Positions 35,208 through 46,500 of a stretch of DNA of 47,609 nt are shown here, piece by piece. Where the stretch lies: the NCBI GenBank assembly GCA_045604285.1, contig JAZUNS010000043.1, positions 1 to 47,609 of the forward strand, given 5' to 3'. This stretch comes from Eubacteriales bacterium. Lineage in GTDB: Bacteria; Bacillota; Clostridia; Oscillospirales; CAG-382. The position numbers were made by a program, and so were the translations under genes. The number at the start of each line of letters is the position of its first letter. The first letter of the stretch is position 1. The notes under the pieces are model-generated. The model saw nothing but the letters and a program-made list of their open reading frames with translations, did not search any database and was not told the origin of the DNA.

Positions 35208-36482
35208 ATGAGCTTGAAAGAAGTTAAGGAAATCGAAAAGAATATGCGTGAGTTAACTTTGTCTATCGACAAGGAAACTTTTGATGCCGAGGTAATGAAG
35301 GTTTACCGCAAGCAGTCTTCTAAGATAACCGTTCCCGGTTTCAGAAGAGGCAAGGCACCTAAGCACATTATTGAAAAGCTTTACGGCGAGTCCTTCTTCC
35401 ACGCAGACGCACTTGATGCACTCTTCCCTTCCGTATACGAAGCAGCTATTGCTGAATCCGGTCTTGAAGTTGTTTCCAGACCTGAGGTTGAGCTTGAATC
35501 CATAGATGAAAACGGCGTTATCCTTAAGGCTAAGGTATACGTTAAGCCCGAAGTTAAGGTTAACAAGTACAAGGGTCTTTCCGCAGAAAAAGAAACCGTT
35601 ACTGTTGAAGACAGCGAAATTGACGCAGAAATCGAAGCAGCAAGAAAGCGTCTTGCAAGAGTCAGCACCCTTACCGAGGGTACCGCAGAAAACGGCGACG
35701 AGGCTGTTATAGACTTTGAAGGCTTTGTTGACGGCGTTGCATTTGAAGGCGGCAAGAGCGAAAAGTATCCCCTTAAGCTGGGCAGCAACAGCTTTATCCC
35801 CGGTTTTGAGGATCAGATCGTTGGTAAATCCGTAGGCGAAAGCTTTGATATTTCCGTTAAGTTCCCCGAAGAATACGGCGCTTCTGACCTTGCCGGCAAG
35901 GACGCTATATTCAAGATCACCCTTCACGAAATCAAGCGCACCGAGCTTCCCGAGCTTGACGAAGAATTTGTAAAAGACGTTTCTGAATTTGACACTATTG
36001 ATGAATATAAGGCAGACATCAAGGCTAAGATAGAAGAGAAAAAAGAAAAGGCTGCTGTTTACGCATACGAAGAAGGCCTTTTGGATGACCTTCTTGCCAA
36101 TACCGAGCTTGACTTGCCCGCACCCATGATTGAAGACGAGATCGACATGAACGTTAGAGATTATGAGTACAGATTGCAGATGCAGGGCGGCAACCTTCAG
36201 ATGTTCTTCCAGTACACCGGCCAGACCATGGAACAGCTTCGTGAAAGCTTCAAGCCCCAGTCCGAAAGACAGCTTAAGATAAGACTTGCTCTTGAAAGCA
36301 TCGTTGCAGCAGAAAATATCGAAGCTTCTGAGGAAGATATCGAAGCAGAATACACCAAGATTTCCGAAGGCTACAAGACAGAGATAGAAAAGGTTAAGGC
36401 TACCATCGCACCCGAAACCTTGGTTAAGGATATTGTTTTGAGAAAAGCCGTTGACTTCATAAAGGAAAACGCTGCGAAATAA
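35208..36482 (+). CDS. tig: trigger factor
   Basis: 424 aa. Ribosome-binding signature [10 protein letters not shown], a central FKBP-type PPIase ([15 protein letters not shown]) and a C-terminal arm domain. Confidence 0.95.
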   Translation: MSLKEVKEIEKNMRELTLSIDKETFDAEVMKVYRKQSSKITVPGFRRGKAPKHIIEKLYGESFFHADALDALFPSVYEAAIAESGLEVVSRPEVELESIDENGVILKAKVYVKPEVKVNKYKGLSAEKETVTVEDSEIDAEIEAARKRLARVSTLTEGTAENGDEAVIDFEGFVDGVAFEGGKSEKYPLKLGSNSFIPGFEDQIVGKSVGESFDISVKFPEEYGASDLAGKDAIFKITLHEIKRTELPELDEEFVKDVSEFDTIDEYKADIKAKIEEKKEKAAVYAYEEGLLDDLLANTELDLPAPMIEDEIDMNVRDYEYRLQMQGGNLQMFFQYTGQTMEQLRESFKPQSERQLKIRLALESIVAAENIEASEEDIEAEYTKISEGYKTEIEKVKATIAPETLVKDIVLRKAVDFIKENAAK

Positions 36483-36529
36483 TATTCCTTAAGCTTTTTG
36501 AACACATATACACCGAAAGGAATATAACT

Positions 36530-37111
36530 ATGGCATTAGTCCCTATGGTAGTAGAGCAAACCGACAGAGGTGAGCGCTCTTACGACATCTATTCACGCTT
36601 ATTAAGTGACAGAATCATTATTTTATCCGACGAGGTTAACGATACGACCGCTTCCCTCGTTGTGGCACAGCTTCTGTTTTTAGAGGCTCAGGATCCCGAT
36701 AAAGACATTTTTCTTTATATTAACAGCCCCGGTGGCAGTGTTACTGCAGGCATGGCTATTTATGACACAATGAACTTTATCAAGTGCGACGTATCTACCA
36801 TGTGCGTAGGCATGGCGGCAAGCATGGGCGCGTTCCTTCTTTCCGCCGGCGCTAAGGGCAAGAGATACGCTTTACCAAATAGTGAAATAATGATTCACCA
36901 GCCCTTGGGCGGTGCAAGGGGTCAAGCGAGTGACGTGCGTATCCACGCCGCATGGTTACAGAGAACTAAGGAAAAGCTTAATAACCTTCTTGCAAAAGCC
37001 ACCGGTCAACCTCTTGAGGTAATCGAAAGAGATACCGACAGAGATAACTTTATGACGGCTGAGCAGGCTCTTGAATACGGCTTAATAGATAAAGTAATGG
37101 AAAAGAGATAA
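36530..37111 (+). CDS. clpP: ATP-dependent Clp protease proteolytic subunit
   Basis: 193 aa. [11 protein letters not shown], catalytic Ser in GMAASMG and His in IHQPLGG. Confidence 0.95.
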   Translation: MALVPMVVEQTDRGERSYDIYSRLLSDRIIILSDEVNDTTASLVVAQLLFLEAQDPDKDIFLYINSPGGSVTAGMAIYDTMNFIKCDVSTMCVGMAASMGAFLLSAGAKGKRYALPNSEIMIHQPLGGARGQASDVRIHAAWLQRTKEKLNNLLAKATGQPLEVIERDTDRDNFMTAEQALEYGLIDKVMEKR

Positions 37112-37113
37112 AT

Positions 37114-38400
<1,287 letters not shown>

Positions 38401-38403
38401 CCT

Positions 38404-38436
38404 AAAAACGGAGGGCTTGATACGCCCTCCGTTTTG
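38404..38436 (+). terminator. rho-independent terminator after clpX
   Basis: 10-bp stem AACGGAGGGC/GCCCTCCGTT, 7-nt loop, then TTTTG. Confidence 0.75.
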
Positions 38437-38451
38437 ATAATTGTCCGCTAA

Positions 38452-38482
38452 AAATGGCGTGCGCAGCTGCGCACTGCATTTT
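38452..38482. terminator. GC-rich palindromic hairpin, probable terminator for the ACT-domain gene (minus) and back-up for clpX
   Basis: GTGCGC-AGCT-GCGCAC with T-runs on both strands. Confidence 0.5.
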
Positions 38483-38496
38483 AAAACCCACAAATC

Positions 38497-38928
38497 TTAA
38501 AGTTTTTTTATGTCCTCATCAGTAAGAAGAACCATGCCGTTCTTAACAAGAACGGATTCTGCCTCTTCATTATCCTGAACACGGAGCACAACACAAGCAT
38601 GTTCCTTGATAGTAGCAACAAAGGCGTACAAATATTCAATATTGATGCCCGCATCGGCAAGAATTCCGAGTATACGTGCGAGCCCACCGGGGGCATCGGG
38701 CATTTGAACGGCAAGAACGTTGGTTACCGTTACGATGGTGCCGCTGTTTTTAAGAAGATCGCTTGCCTTTTCAACGTCGGCAACGATAAACCTTAAAATA
38801 CCGTACTCGGTAGTTTCGGCAATACTCAGCGCTCTAAGGTCTATGCCTGCATCGGCCAAAATGTCAAGTGCGCCAAAGGCTGTACCCTTTTTGTTCTCTG
38901 CAAATACAGAAATTTGTTTAATTGCCAT
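38497..38928 (-). CDS. tandem ACT-domain (amino-acid-binding) regulatory protein
   Basis: 143 aa with two ACT-like beta-alpha-beta-beta-alpha-beta halves (ISVFAENKKGTAFGALDILADAGIDL; PDAPGGLARILGILADAGINI). This is the usual partner of PaaK-type ligases in anaerobes. Confidence 0.8.
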   Translation of the reverse strand: MAIKQISVFAENKKGTAFGALDILADAGIDLRALSIAETTEYGILRFIVADVEKASDLLKNSGTIVTVTNVLAVQMPDAPGGLARILGILADAGINIEYLYAFVATIKEHACVVLRVQDNEEAESVLVKNGMVLLTDEDIKKL

Positions 38929-38948
38929 AAATTATTCCTTTCCGCTTT

Positions 38949-40250
38949 TTAATAAAGCTTTCTCTTGTCTATAACTCTTACAGCTTTGCCTTCGCTGCGA
39001 ACTATAGATTTGGGCTCTACTATGCTAACCTTAGCGTAAATACCAAGCATAGATTTAAGTGCATCGGAAATATCCTTTTCTACCTGCGCAAGCTTAGAAA
39101 CGGTATCAGAGAAAAGCTCGGGCGTCATTTCCACTTTAACTTCAATCTTGTCGCTATTATTCTCTCTGTCTACAACTATCTGATAATTGCTGGTAAGGCC
39201 CTTGTTAAGAAGAACCGTCTCTATCTGAGAGGGGAATACGTTAACGCCGCGGATAATAAGCATATCATCGCTTCTGCCCATGGGCTTAGACATACGTACG
39301 TGTGTACGGCCGCAGGAGCACTTTTTACGGCTGAGAACGCAAATATCCTTGGTCCTGTATCTGATAAGCGGGAAGGCTTCCTTAGAGATACAGGTAAATA
39401 CAAGCTCACCCTTAGAACCCTCGGGCAATACCTCTCCGGTTTTAGGATCAATAATCTCTGCAATAAAGTGGTCTTCATTAATGTGCATACCGCCCTGCTC
39501 GCTGCATTCAAAGGAAACACCGGGGCCGCACATTTCGGTAAGGCCGTAGATATCGTAAGCTTTTATGCCAAGCTTTGTTTCTATATCACGACGCATTTCG
39601 GGGGTCCAAGCTTCTGCACCGAAAATACCTGCTTTAAGCTTAATATCTTTAATCAAGCCGCTTTCAATAAGAGATTCTGCAAGATATGCCGCATAAGAAG
39701 GAGTGCAGCAAAGAATTGTTGCACCAAGGTCGGTCATAAACTGCATTTGTCTTTCAGTATTACCGGAGGACATGGGAAGTGTAAGAGAACCTACCTTGTG
39801 GGAACCGCCGTTAAGACCGGGGCCGCCGGTAAACAAGCCGTAACCGTAGCAAACCTGCACAACGTCCTCATTGGTGCCGCCTGCCGCAACGATTGCTCTT
39901 GCACAGCAATCTTCCCAAACATCAATATCCTTTTGGGTGTAAAAAGCAACTACTCTTTTACCGGTAGTACCGCTGGTTGACTGGATGCGCACGCACTCAC
40001 TGAGAGGCTTAGCCAAAAGTCCGTAAGGATACGCCTCGCGAAGGTCGTCCTTGGTAAGGAAGGGAAGCTTGTGCAAATCGTCAACGGACTTGATATCCTC
40101 AGGGGTAACCCCCTTCTCCTCCATCTTTTTACGGTAATACTCTACGTTTTCATAAACATGTTTAACCGTTGCAACGAGTTTCTTGTTTTGTATAGCTAAA
40201 ATCTCTTCTCTTGAAGCGGTTTCAATCTCTTTTTGATAGTATCTTTCCAT
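38949..40250 (-). CDS. paaK: phenylacetate-CoA ligase family (PaaK-type aryl/arylalkyl acid-CoA ligase)
   Basis: 433 aa. STSGTTGKRVV AMP motif, YGLTE and the PaaK-type C-terminal domain. Confidence 0.85.
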   Translation of the reverse strand: MERYYQKEIETASREEILAIQNKKLVATVKHVYENVEYYRKKMEEKGVTPEDIKSVDDLHKLPFLTKDDLREAYPYGLLAKPLSECVRIQSTSGTTGKRVVAFYTQKDIDVWEDCCARAIVAAGGTNEDVVQVCYGYGLFTGGPGLNGGSHKVGSLTLPMSSGNTERQMQFMTDLGATILCCTPSYAAYLAESLIESGLIKDIKLKAGIFGAEAWTPEMRRDIETKLGIKAYDIYGLTEMCGPGVSFECSEQGGMHINEDHFIAEIIDPKTGEVLPEGSKGELVFTCISKEAFPLIRYRTKDICVLSRKKCSCGRTHVRMSKPMGRSDDMLIIRGVNVFPSQIETVLLNKGLTSNYQIVVDRENNSDKIEVKVEMTPELFSDTVSKLAQVEKDISDALKSMLGIYAKVSIVEPKSIVRSEGKAVRVIDKRKLY

Positions 40251-40255
40251 AATGC

Positions 40256-40852
40256 CTATTTTTTACCTTGCGCTTTTGCTGCGCGTTTCCTTTTTGTAGA
40301 TTTTTTTGTTATAGAGTAACCAAAGCTACCCAGCTTTTTGCCAAGCTCGTAATATTCGCCGTGGGAATAAGCCAAAGGCTTACATTTGTCCATACAAAGC
40401 TTTCCGTCCTCAATATACTCACTGTCAACGTCAACGGCAACTATATCCGCAAGGAACATATCGTGAGAGCCCAGGGGGATAATATCCGTAACCCTGCATT
40501 CAAGGGATATGGGGCACTCCTTAACGGATACGGTATCAAGCTCAAAGCAAGGCTCGGCAGTAAGACCGGTTTTATCAAACTTGTCCACTTCCCTGCCGCT
40601 TTTTACACCGCAAAAGTCGGTCGCTTTAACAAGCTTACTGCTTGGCACGTTTATTACAAAAATGCCGCTTTCTTTGATAATGCTGTAAGAATGGCGTTCT
40701 TTTCTGACAGAAATATAAGTTTTAGGAGGATGACTGCATATTATGCCGGTCCACGCTACCGTCAGTATGTTTTTGTTATCGCCATTACCGCAGCTTACCA
40801 AAACCGCAGGTAACGGCGCAAGTAGAGCTGAACCCTTCCATCTCTCTTTCAT
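40256..40852 (-). CDS. flavin reductase-like (flavoredoxin family) protein with a Lys-rich C-terminal tail
   Basis: The tracked ORF starts at 40927. I prefer the ATG at 40852 (MKERWKGSALLAPLPAVLVSCG...), with AGGAG 9 nt upstream and a promoter lying inside the longer version. Confidence 0.8.
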   Translation of the reverse strand: MKERWKGSALLAPLPAVLVSCGNGDNKNILTVAWTGIICSHPPKTYISVRKERHSYSIIKESGIFVINVPSSKLVKATDFCGVKSGREVDKFDKTGLTAEPCFELDTVSVKECPISLECRVTDIIPLGSHDMFLADIVAVDVDSEYIEDGKLCMDKCKPLAYSHGEYYELGKKLGSFGYSITKKSTKRKRAAKAQGKK

Positions 40853-40882
40853 AACCAAATCACTCCTGTTATTTGTGTATAT

Positions 40883-40911
40883 ATAATAGCATTCTTTAAA
40901 CTGTATGTCAA
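40883..40911 (-). promoter_or_regulatory. sigma-A promoter for flavin reductase-paaK-ACT
   Basis: The minus strand reads TTGACA-17 nt-TATTAT. Confidence 0.6.
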
Positions 40912-41035
40912 TAGAATATTTATACAATCAAGAATTATAACAACTCCACTATTTGTTGCCGTAGCAACGGAAATCGTAAACTTAATTAATTATTATATAA
41001 ACACAATGTATAAATAATAACTTTTGGAGGTAGTT

Positions 41036-42148
41036 ATGAACACACTTAAAAGACTTTTTTTGCTCACTTTGGTTTTAGTTATGGCACTTAGCGCTTTTTC
41101 TGCTTGTGCTGAAGAAACAACAGACAATTCTTCCGACGTAAACACAACATCTTCGGTTGAAGAAGAAACTTACGAAACCACACAAACCGAATCTTCCGCA
41201 ACGGAAGAAACTTCCGACATTGCAAGTAACGAAACTTCCGAGAACGTGCTTACGGATACCACACCTATCCGTATCGGCGGTTTGAAGGGTCCCACCACCA
41301 TGGGTCTTGTTAAGCTTATGGAGGACTATGAAAACGGCAATACCGTATGCAATTACGAATTTACCGTTGAGGCTGCGGCTGACGCAATCACTCCCCTGCT
41401 TATTAAAGGAGATCTTGACGTTATAGCCATTCCCGCTAACGTTGCATCCGTTCTTTACAACAAGACTAAAGGTGCTGTACAAGTGCTTGGCACCAATACC
41501 CTTGGCGTGCTTTACGTAGTAGAGCGCGGTGCAAGCATAGAATCCGTTGCCGATCTTAAGGGCAAAACCATTTATGCCACCGGTAAGGGCACAACCCCCG
41601 AATACAGCTTGCGCTTTTTGCTTACGCAAAACGGTCTTGACCCTGCCAAGGACGTTAACATCGTTTGGAAATCCGAAGCAACCGAAGTTGTAGCAACCCT
41701 TGCAAATACCGAAGGCGGCGTTGCAATGCTTCCTCAGCCCTTTGTTACTGTAGCACAGAATCAGATACAGGACCTTGAAATTGTTATTAATATGAACGAT
41801 GAATGGAATGCCGTAGGTGACGGAAGCACAATGGTTACCGGCGTTACCATCGTACGCAAAGCATTTGCCGAAGAACATCCCGAGCTTATCGCAGCCTTCC
41901 TTGAAGAATACAAAGCTTCTACCGAATATATAGTTGCCAATCCCGCCGAGGCCGCTCCTCTTGTTGAAAAGAGAATAGGCGTTAAGAGCGGTATTGCCAC
42001 CAAAGCTATTCCCTTCTGCAATATCAAGCTGATTACCGGTAACGAAATGAAAACCATGGTAAGCGGTTATCTGTCCGTTCTGTTTGAGCAGAATCCTCAA
42101 TCCGTAGGCGACGCTTTGCCTGCTGATGACTTCTATTATGAAGCTTAA
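41036..42148 (+). CDS. ABC transporter substrate-binding lipoprotein (NitT/TauT / NMT1-like family guess) with an acidic Ser/Thr-rich linker
   Basis: I prefer the ATG at 41036 (GGAGG upstream). Signal peptide with lipobox LSAFSAC, then a ~55-aa E/T/S-rich linker, then a periplasmic-binding fold (IRIGGLKGPTTMGL...). Confidence 0.75.
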   Translation: MNTLKRLFLLTLVLVMALSAFSACAEETTDNSSDVNTTSSVEEETYETTQTESSATEETSDIASNETSENVLTDTTPIRIGGLKGPTTMGLVKLMEDYENGNTVCNYEFTVEAAADAITPLLIKGDLDVIAIPANVASVLYNKTKGAVQVLGTNTLGVLYVVERGASIESVADLKGKTIYATGKGTTPEYSLRFLLTQNGLDPAKDVNIVWKSEATEVVATLANTEGGVAMLPQPFVTVAQNQIQDLEIVINMNDEWNAVGDGSTMVTGVTIVRKAFAEEHPELIAAFLEEYKASTEYIVANPAEAAPLVEKRIGVKSGIATKAIPFCNIKLITGNEMKTMVSGYLSVLFEQNPQSVGDALPADDFYYEA

Positions 42149-42890
42149 AAACTTTATATACAAATTTATCGCCGTCCTGCTTGCGCTTTTAGCGTGGCAG
42201 GCGGCTGCCCACTTTGTGGACCTTCCCATACTATTACCCTCCCCATGGGAAGTAATTGAATGTTTTTTTGATTTACAAGATCATCCGCTGCTGGCTCAAA
42301 CGGTAATATTCACCTTCAGCAAAATTATAAGAGGATTTTTAAGCGGATTCTTTTTGGGTACAATATTGGCGATACTTGCAGGCAGATTTCGCATTATAAA
42401 AGAATTGCTGTGGCCCTATATGGTTACTGTCAAATCAGTCCCTGTGGCGTGCTTTATAGTAATTGCGTTGCTGTGGATAGAAACCCGTAACATATCCATG
42501 TTCATCGCCTTTTTAATGGTTTTGCCCATAGTCTACAACAACGTATTGGAAGGCTATGAAAACATAGACAAAAAGAAGCTTGAAGTTGCAAAAGTATTTA
42601 AGCTGCCATTCTATAAGCAACTTATTTATATTTATTTACCCGAAATGAAGCCCTTTATAATCTCTGCATGCTCAATTTCCTTCGGATTGGCATGGAAATC
42701 CGGTGTTGCGGCAGAATTTATCGGGCTACCGGAAACATCAATAGGCGAAAGAATTTACTATTCTAAAATATATTTAGAGTCCGTCGAAATGTTTGCTTGG
42801 ACTTTAATTATGATAGTAATAAGCTTTATATTTGAAAAACTTATGGTTGGCATTATAAAGTTAGCCTTTAAGGGGGTGGAACGACTGTGA
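42126..42890 (+). CDS. ABC transporter permease
   Basis: 254 aa with about 6 TM segments. The start is uncertain (ATG 42126 or 42138; both overlap the SBP gene end). Confidence 0.8.
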   Translation: MTSIMKLKNFIYKFIAVLLALLAWQAAAHFVDLPILLPSPWEVIECFFDLQDHPLLAQTVIFTFSKIIRGFLSGFFLGTILAILAGRFRIIKELLWPYMVTVKSVPVACFIVIALLWIETRNISMFIAFLMVLPIVYNNVLEGYENIDKKKLEVAKVFKLPFYKQLIYIYLPEMKPFIISACSISFGLAWKSGVAAEFIGLPETSIGERIYYSKIYLESVEMFAWTLIMIVISFIFEKLMVGIIKLAFKGVERL

Positions 42891-43465
42891 AAAGCGTGGT
42901 CTTCAACAACGTTACCAAAAGCTTTGAGGACAAAAAGGTGCTTAACGGTCTTTCTTTCTCTGTTAACAAGGGCGAAACGTTATCTATAATGGGGCCATCG
43001 GGATGCGGTAAAACCACGATCTTGAATCTTTTATTAGGCTTAATCAAGCCCGACGGCGGTAAGATTGAGGTGCCAAAAAAGATAAGTGTTGTTTTTCAAG
43101 AAGACAGGCTTTTTGAAGAGTTTTCGGCGTTATCCAACGTTGAAGCGGTGATACCGAACAACGCCGATAAAGAGCATTGCGGAATGCTTTTGGAAGCCGT
43201 AGGTATTGAAGACTTAAAAAAGCCCGTGTGTAAGTTTTCCGGCGGCATGAAGAGAAGGGTCGCTATTGCTCGTGCTCTTGCGGCAGACGCTGATTTTTAC
43301 ATTTTAGACGAGCCCTTCAAGGGGCTTGACAAAAGCACCAAGCAGACAGTTATGAGCATCGTTAAAAATCACTTAAGCGGTAAGACGCTGTTACTTATAA
43401 CACACAGCATAGATGAAGCAACGTTCTTCGGCAGCGATATTTTAACCCTTGAAACAATTGAATAG
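42887..43465 (+). CDS. compact ABC transporter ATP-binding protein
   Basis: 192 aa. GTG start in a GTGA overlap with the permease stop. Walker A GPSGCGKTT, Q-loop VFQEDRLF, signature FSGGMKRRV, Walker B FYILDEPF, H-loop ITHS. Confidence 0.85.
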   Translation: MKSVVFNNVTKSFEDKKVLNGLSFSVNKGETLSIMGPSGCGKTTILNLLLGLIKPDGGKIEVPKKISVVFQEDRLFEEFSALSNVEAVIPNNADKEHCGMLLEAVGIEDLKKPVCKFSGGMKRRVAIARALAADADFYILDEPFKGLDKSTKQTVMSIVKNHLSGKTLLLITHSIDEATFFGSDILTLETIE

Positions 43466-43477
43466 CTATATAAAAGC

Positions 43478-43550
43478 ATCCCGGAAGCCATAAACTTCCG
43501 GGATTCTTTTATACAAAGAAGCGGCGGTAAAACCGCCGCTTCTCTTTTTA
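43478..43550 (+). terminator. two tandem rho-independent terminator hairpins between convergent genes
   Basis: ATCCCGGAAG/CTTCCGGGAT + TCTTTT (43478-43511) and AGAAGCGGCGG/CCGCCGCTTCT + CTTTTT (43517-43550). Confidence 0.75.
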
Positions 43551-43551
43551 G

Positions 43552-46500
43552 TTATTCAACGTTTGCAACTACCGTTGTATTAGGATAAAGCTCATCAAGT
43601 ATGGGTTGGAAGTTTGCACGTTCCTCTGCAGTAGATGCTACAGCCGCACCTGTGGTGGGAGAATAGAAGTACTGATAGCAGAAGAATACAACACCCGTAC
43701 AGCCTGACAAATCGTCACGTACGTATTCAAGACAAGACTTGATAACGTCACGGTTGTTAACCCACTCGTACTGGCCTGCAGTTGTGCCTGCATAGGTATC
43801 GATTGTGCCATTGTAACCATCCATAGCCTTACCAAGGGTAATACCCGTGTACATGGTAACGCTTGCGCTGGTGGTTATATTAGCCCAGCCGGAAGAGCAG
43901 CTTGCAAAGCCCTGAGAGGAGTGAAGCATACCGAAGTATACCTGAGGACAGATATAATCGATATAACCGCTGGAAGAACACCAGGTATAAACGTCTGCAT
44001 ACTGAGAGTTGTAAACGGTGCTCATATTACCTGCAGGAGATATACCGAAGAGTATATCCTTATCTACGGACTTAACTGCGCTGTAGATACCGCTTACAAG
44101 GAGGTTAAGGTTTTGTCTGCGCCAATTTGCAAGAGACAAGCTACCTGTATATTCGCTGTATGCGGTAGAGTCGAAGGAAGAAGCCGTAGTGGGATAGAAG
44201 TAGTCGTCCATGTGAACGCCGTCAACGTTATAAAGCGTACAAATTTCTTTTGCACCGTCAATAATAAGCTGACGAACTTCTTCGTATGCAGGGTTGAGAT
44301 AGTAATAGCTGCTGTAAAGAACAACGTACTTGCCGTTATAGGTGGAGCTTTGATACCACTCGCCTACCTTGAAGCTGCTGCTTACCTTTGCTATATCGGT
44401 AGAGCTCATAAGTCTGAGAGGATTGATCCATGCCTGAACGGAAAGGTTGCGTGCGTGAGCCATTTCGATAATGATAGCAAACGGGTCATAGGAATGTGTA
44501 TTGCCATAAGCACCTACAACGTATTTACTTGCTGTGTAATATTCGGAAGGATACATACTGTCGCCGTTAGGTCTTACCTGAACGTACAGAGTATTTATGC
44601 CGATGTTTACGCAGTTATCAAGAATGGTTGCCATAAGAGAACGGAAGCTTGCTTCGGAACGCTGAGAGGAGCTTGCAACGTAAACACTGTTAAGGTCGAA
44701 CTGAGACAGCCACATACCCTTTATGTGAGAGTAATTAAGCTGCTGATACTCGGTAGGATCAACTACGGGAGGTTCAGGCTCAACCGTTCCTGAGCTGTCG
44801 GGCAAGGTACCGTCACCGGTGTAAATGCTGATGTACGAGGTGCCGGCTACACAGGTTGCGTTGTTAAGATCGATATCGTCGGTAAGAACTAACAAGTCGC
44901 CAACGTCAACGTATGCACAAGCTGCCTGAGTCTGAGAGCCCATATGAACGGCAACTACTATGCCGTTAGCAGGAACTTCTACAGATTTAGTTTCGCTGCT
45001 TGCATATTTTTCAGTAACGATGTAGCCGCCCTTAGCCTCGGAATAGCCTGCCACGTATACTTCCCAATAGGTTGCCGTAAATGCAGCACCGTAATTGATG
45101 GTATATACGTGAGAACCGCCGGAGGTATATTGGCTTGCGTTTACGCCGTTTATGTAGATAACGCCTTCGAGAATTTCGCCGGTATCAACAACGAAGTTTG
45201 CTACGTATGTAGCGTTGTCACCGATTGCGTCCGTAGAGGAAGGCAACGCAGGAGTCCAAGAAGTGAATATGTATCCACTGTCTGCAACGGGAGTGGGAAC
45301 GGTAATTTCGCTCCAAAGTGTACCTTCATCAACGGTGAATACCGTAGTACCGCTGAGGCTACCGCCGTTGCCGGCGCTAAACGTTACCACGAACTGGTCA
45401 ACGGGAGTAACGATGAAGTTAGCGGTGTAAGTTGCGCTTGTAGTAATGGTAGTCGGGAAAGAAGGAGTCCATTCGGTAAATGTATAACCTTCATCCTCAA
45501 CAACCGTAGGAACGGTTATAGAGGTCCATGCCGTACCGTTGGGAACGGAAACGGAGGTTGTACCGCTAAGACTACCGCCGCTGCCTGCAACGAAGGTTAC
45601 GGTGCTCCACTGGGAAGCATCATATTCAAAGTTTGCGGTAAACGTAAGATTGGAAGTAATGGTATCTGTGTCTGCGGGAAGTGCAGGAGTCCAGCCGGTA
45701 AACTTATAACCGGGATTTGCAGTTGCAGAAGGAACGGTAATATTGCTCCACTTGGTACCTTCTACTACCGTTTGTAAAGTAGAACCGGTAATAGTACCGT
45801 TGCTGCCTGCAACAAAGTTTACGGTGTATGTGGGAACGACCTCGCCCTCGGCACCGTAGATTTCAAACTCGCCAAGTCTGCCGATATACTGGCTCATAGC
45901 GCATTCGAAGTAAACGTAAGAAACTTCCTCTGCCGTGCCTGTTATGGTAAGACTGTAGCCGTAATCGGATGTAGCAACGAAATCACTACCGGTACCGAAT
46001 ACTGTAGACAGATTGCCTGCAGAAGAACCGACGTATACGGTTACGCTGTCGGGAAGGGCACGGTTGGAAGAGCTTTCTCTAAGACCGAAGTTCATTACAG
46101 CCTGAGTCATTGTAATAGGCGTAGAAAGCTTGAAGGTAACGCCGATAATATTGCTGCTTCTGGAAACCTCTACCCAAGCGTCATTGGTGGAAGTTAACCA
46201 GTTTCCGTCATTAAGGTAGCCGCTGCCGTAAGCAGAGCCTGAATCAAAGGAGTCGGGGAAACCGGTCTGAACGGTACCTGTTGTTATCATGTACTTACCG
46301 CCGTTATCGGACAATGCGTAGTTTAGCTCTTCCCCACCGAGTTTTTCGGTAAATACAGCCGTGTAGGTTGCATCGGCAGTAATTGTAGAGGAGGAAGAAG
46401 GCAAGCTGGGAGACCAGTGAGAGAATCTGTAGCCGTCGTCAGCCACGGGAGTGGGAACGGTTACAGCGCTCCAAGCAGAACCATCGGGAACTGCAAAGGA

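Noticed and set aside
40928-41035. Possible riboswitch (e.g. TPP) upstream of the NMT1/ThiY-like ABC transporter, and a possible L-box upstream of lysA
   Set aside because: I found no conserved riboswitch core sequences such as CUGAGA...ACCUGAUCUGGAUAAUGCCAGCG. lysA starts 2 nt after engB, so it has no leader at all.
41075-42229. 384-aa minus-strand ORF opposite the ABC substrate-binding protein gene. Similar cases are 35253-35927 opposite tig, 25278-25892 opposite dnaX and 39300-39980 opposite paaK.
   Set aside because: In each case the opposite strand encodes a protein with clear family motifs and an RBS. The antisense products are low-complexity.
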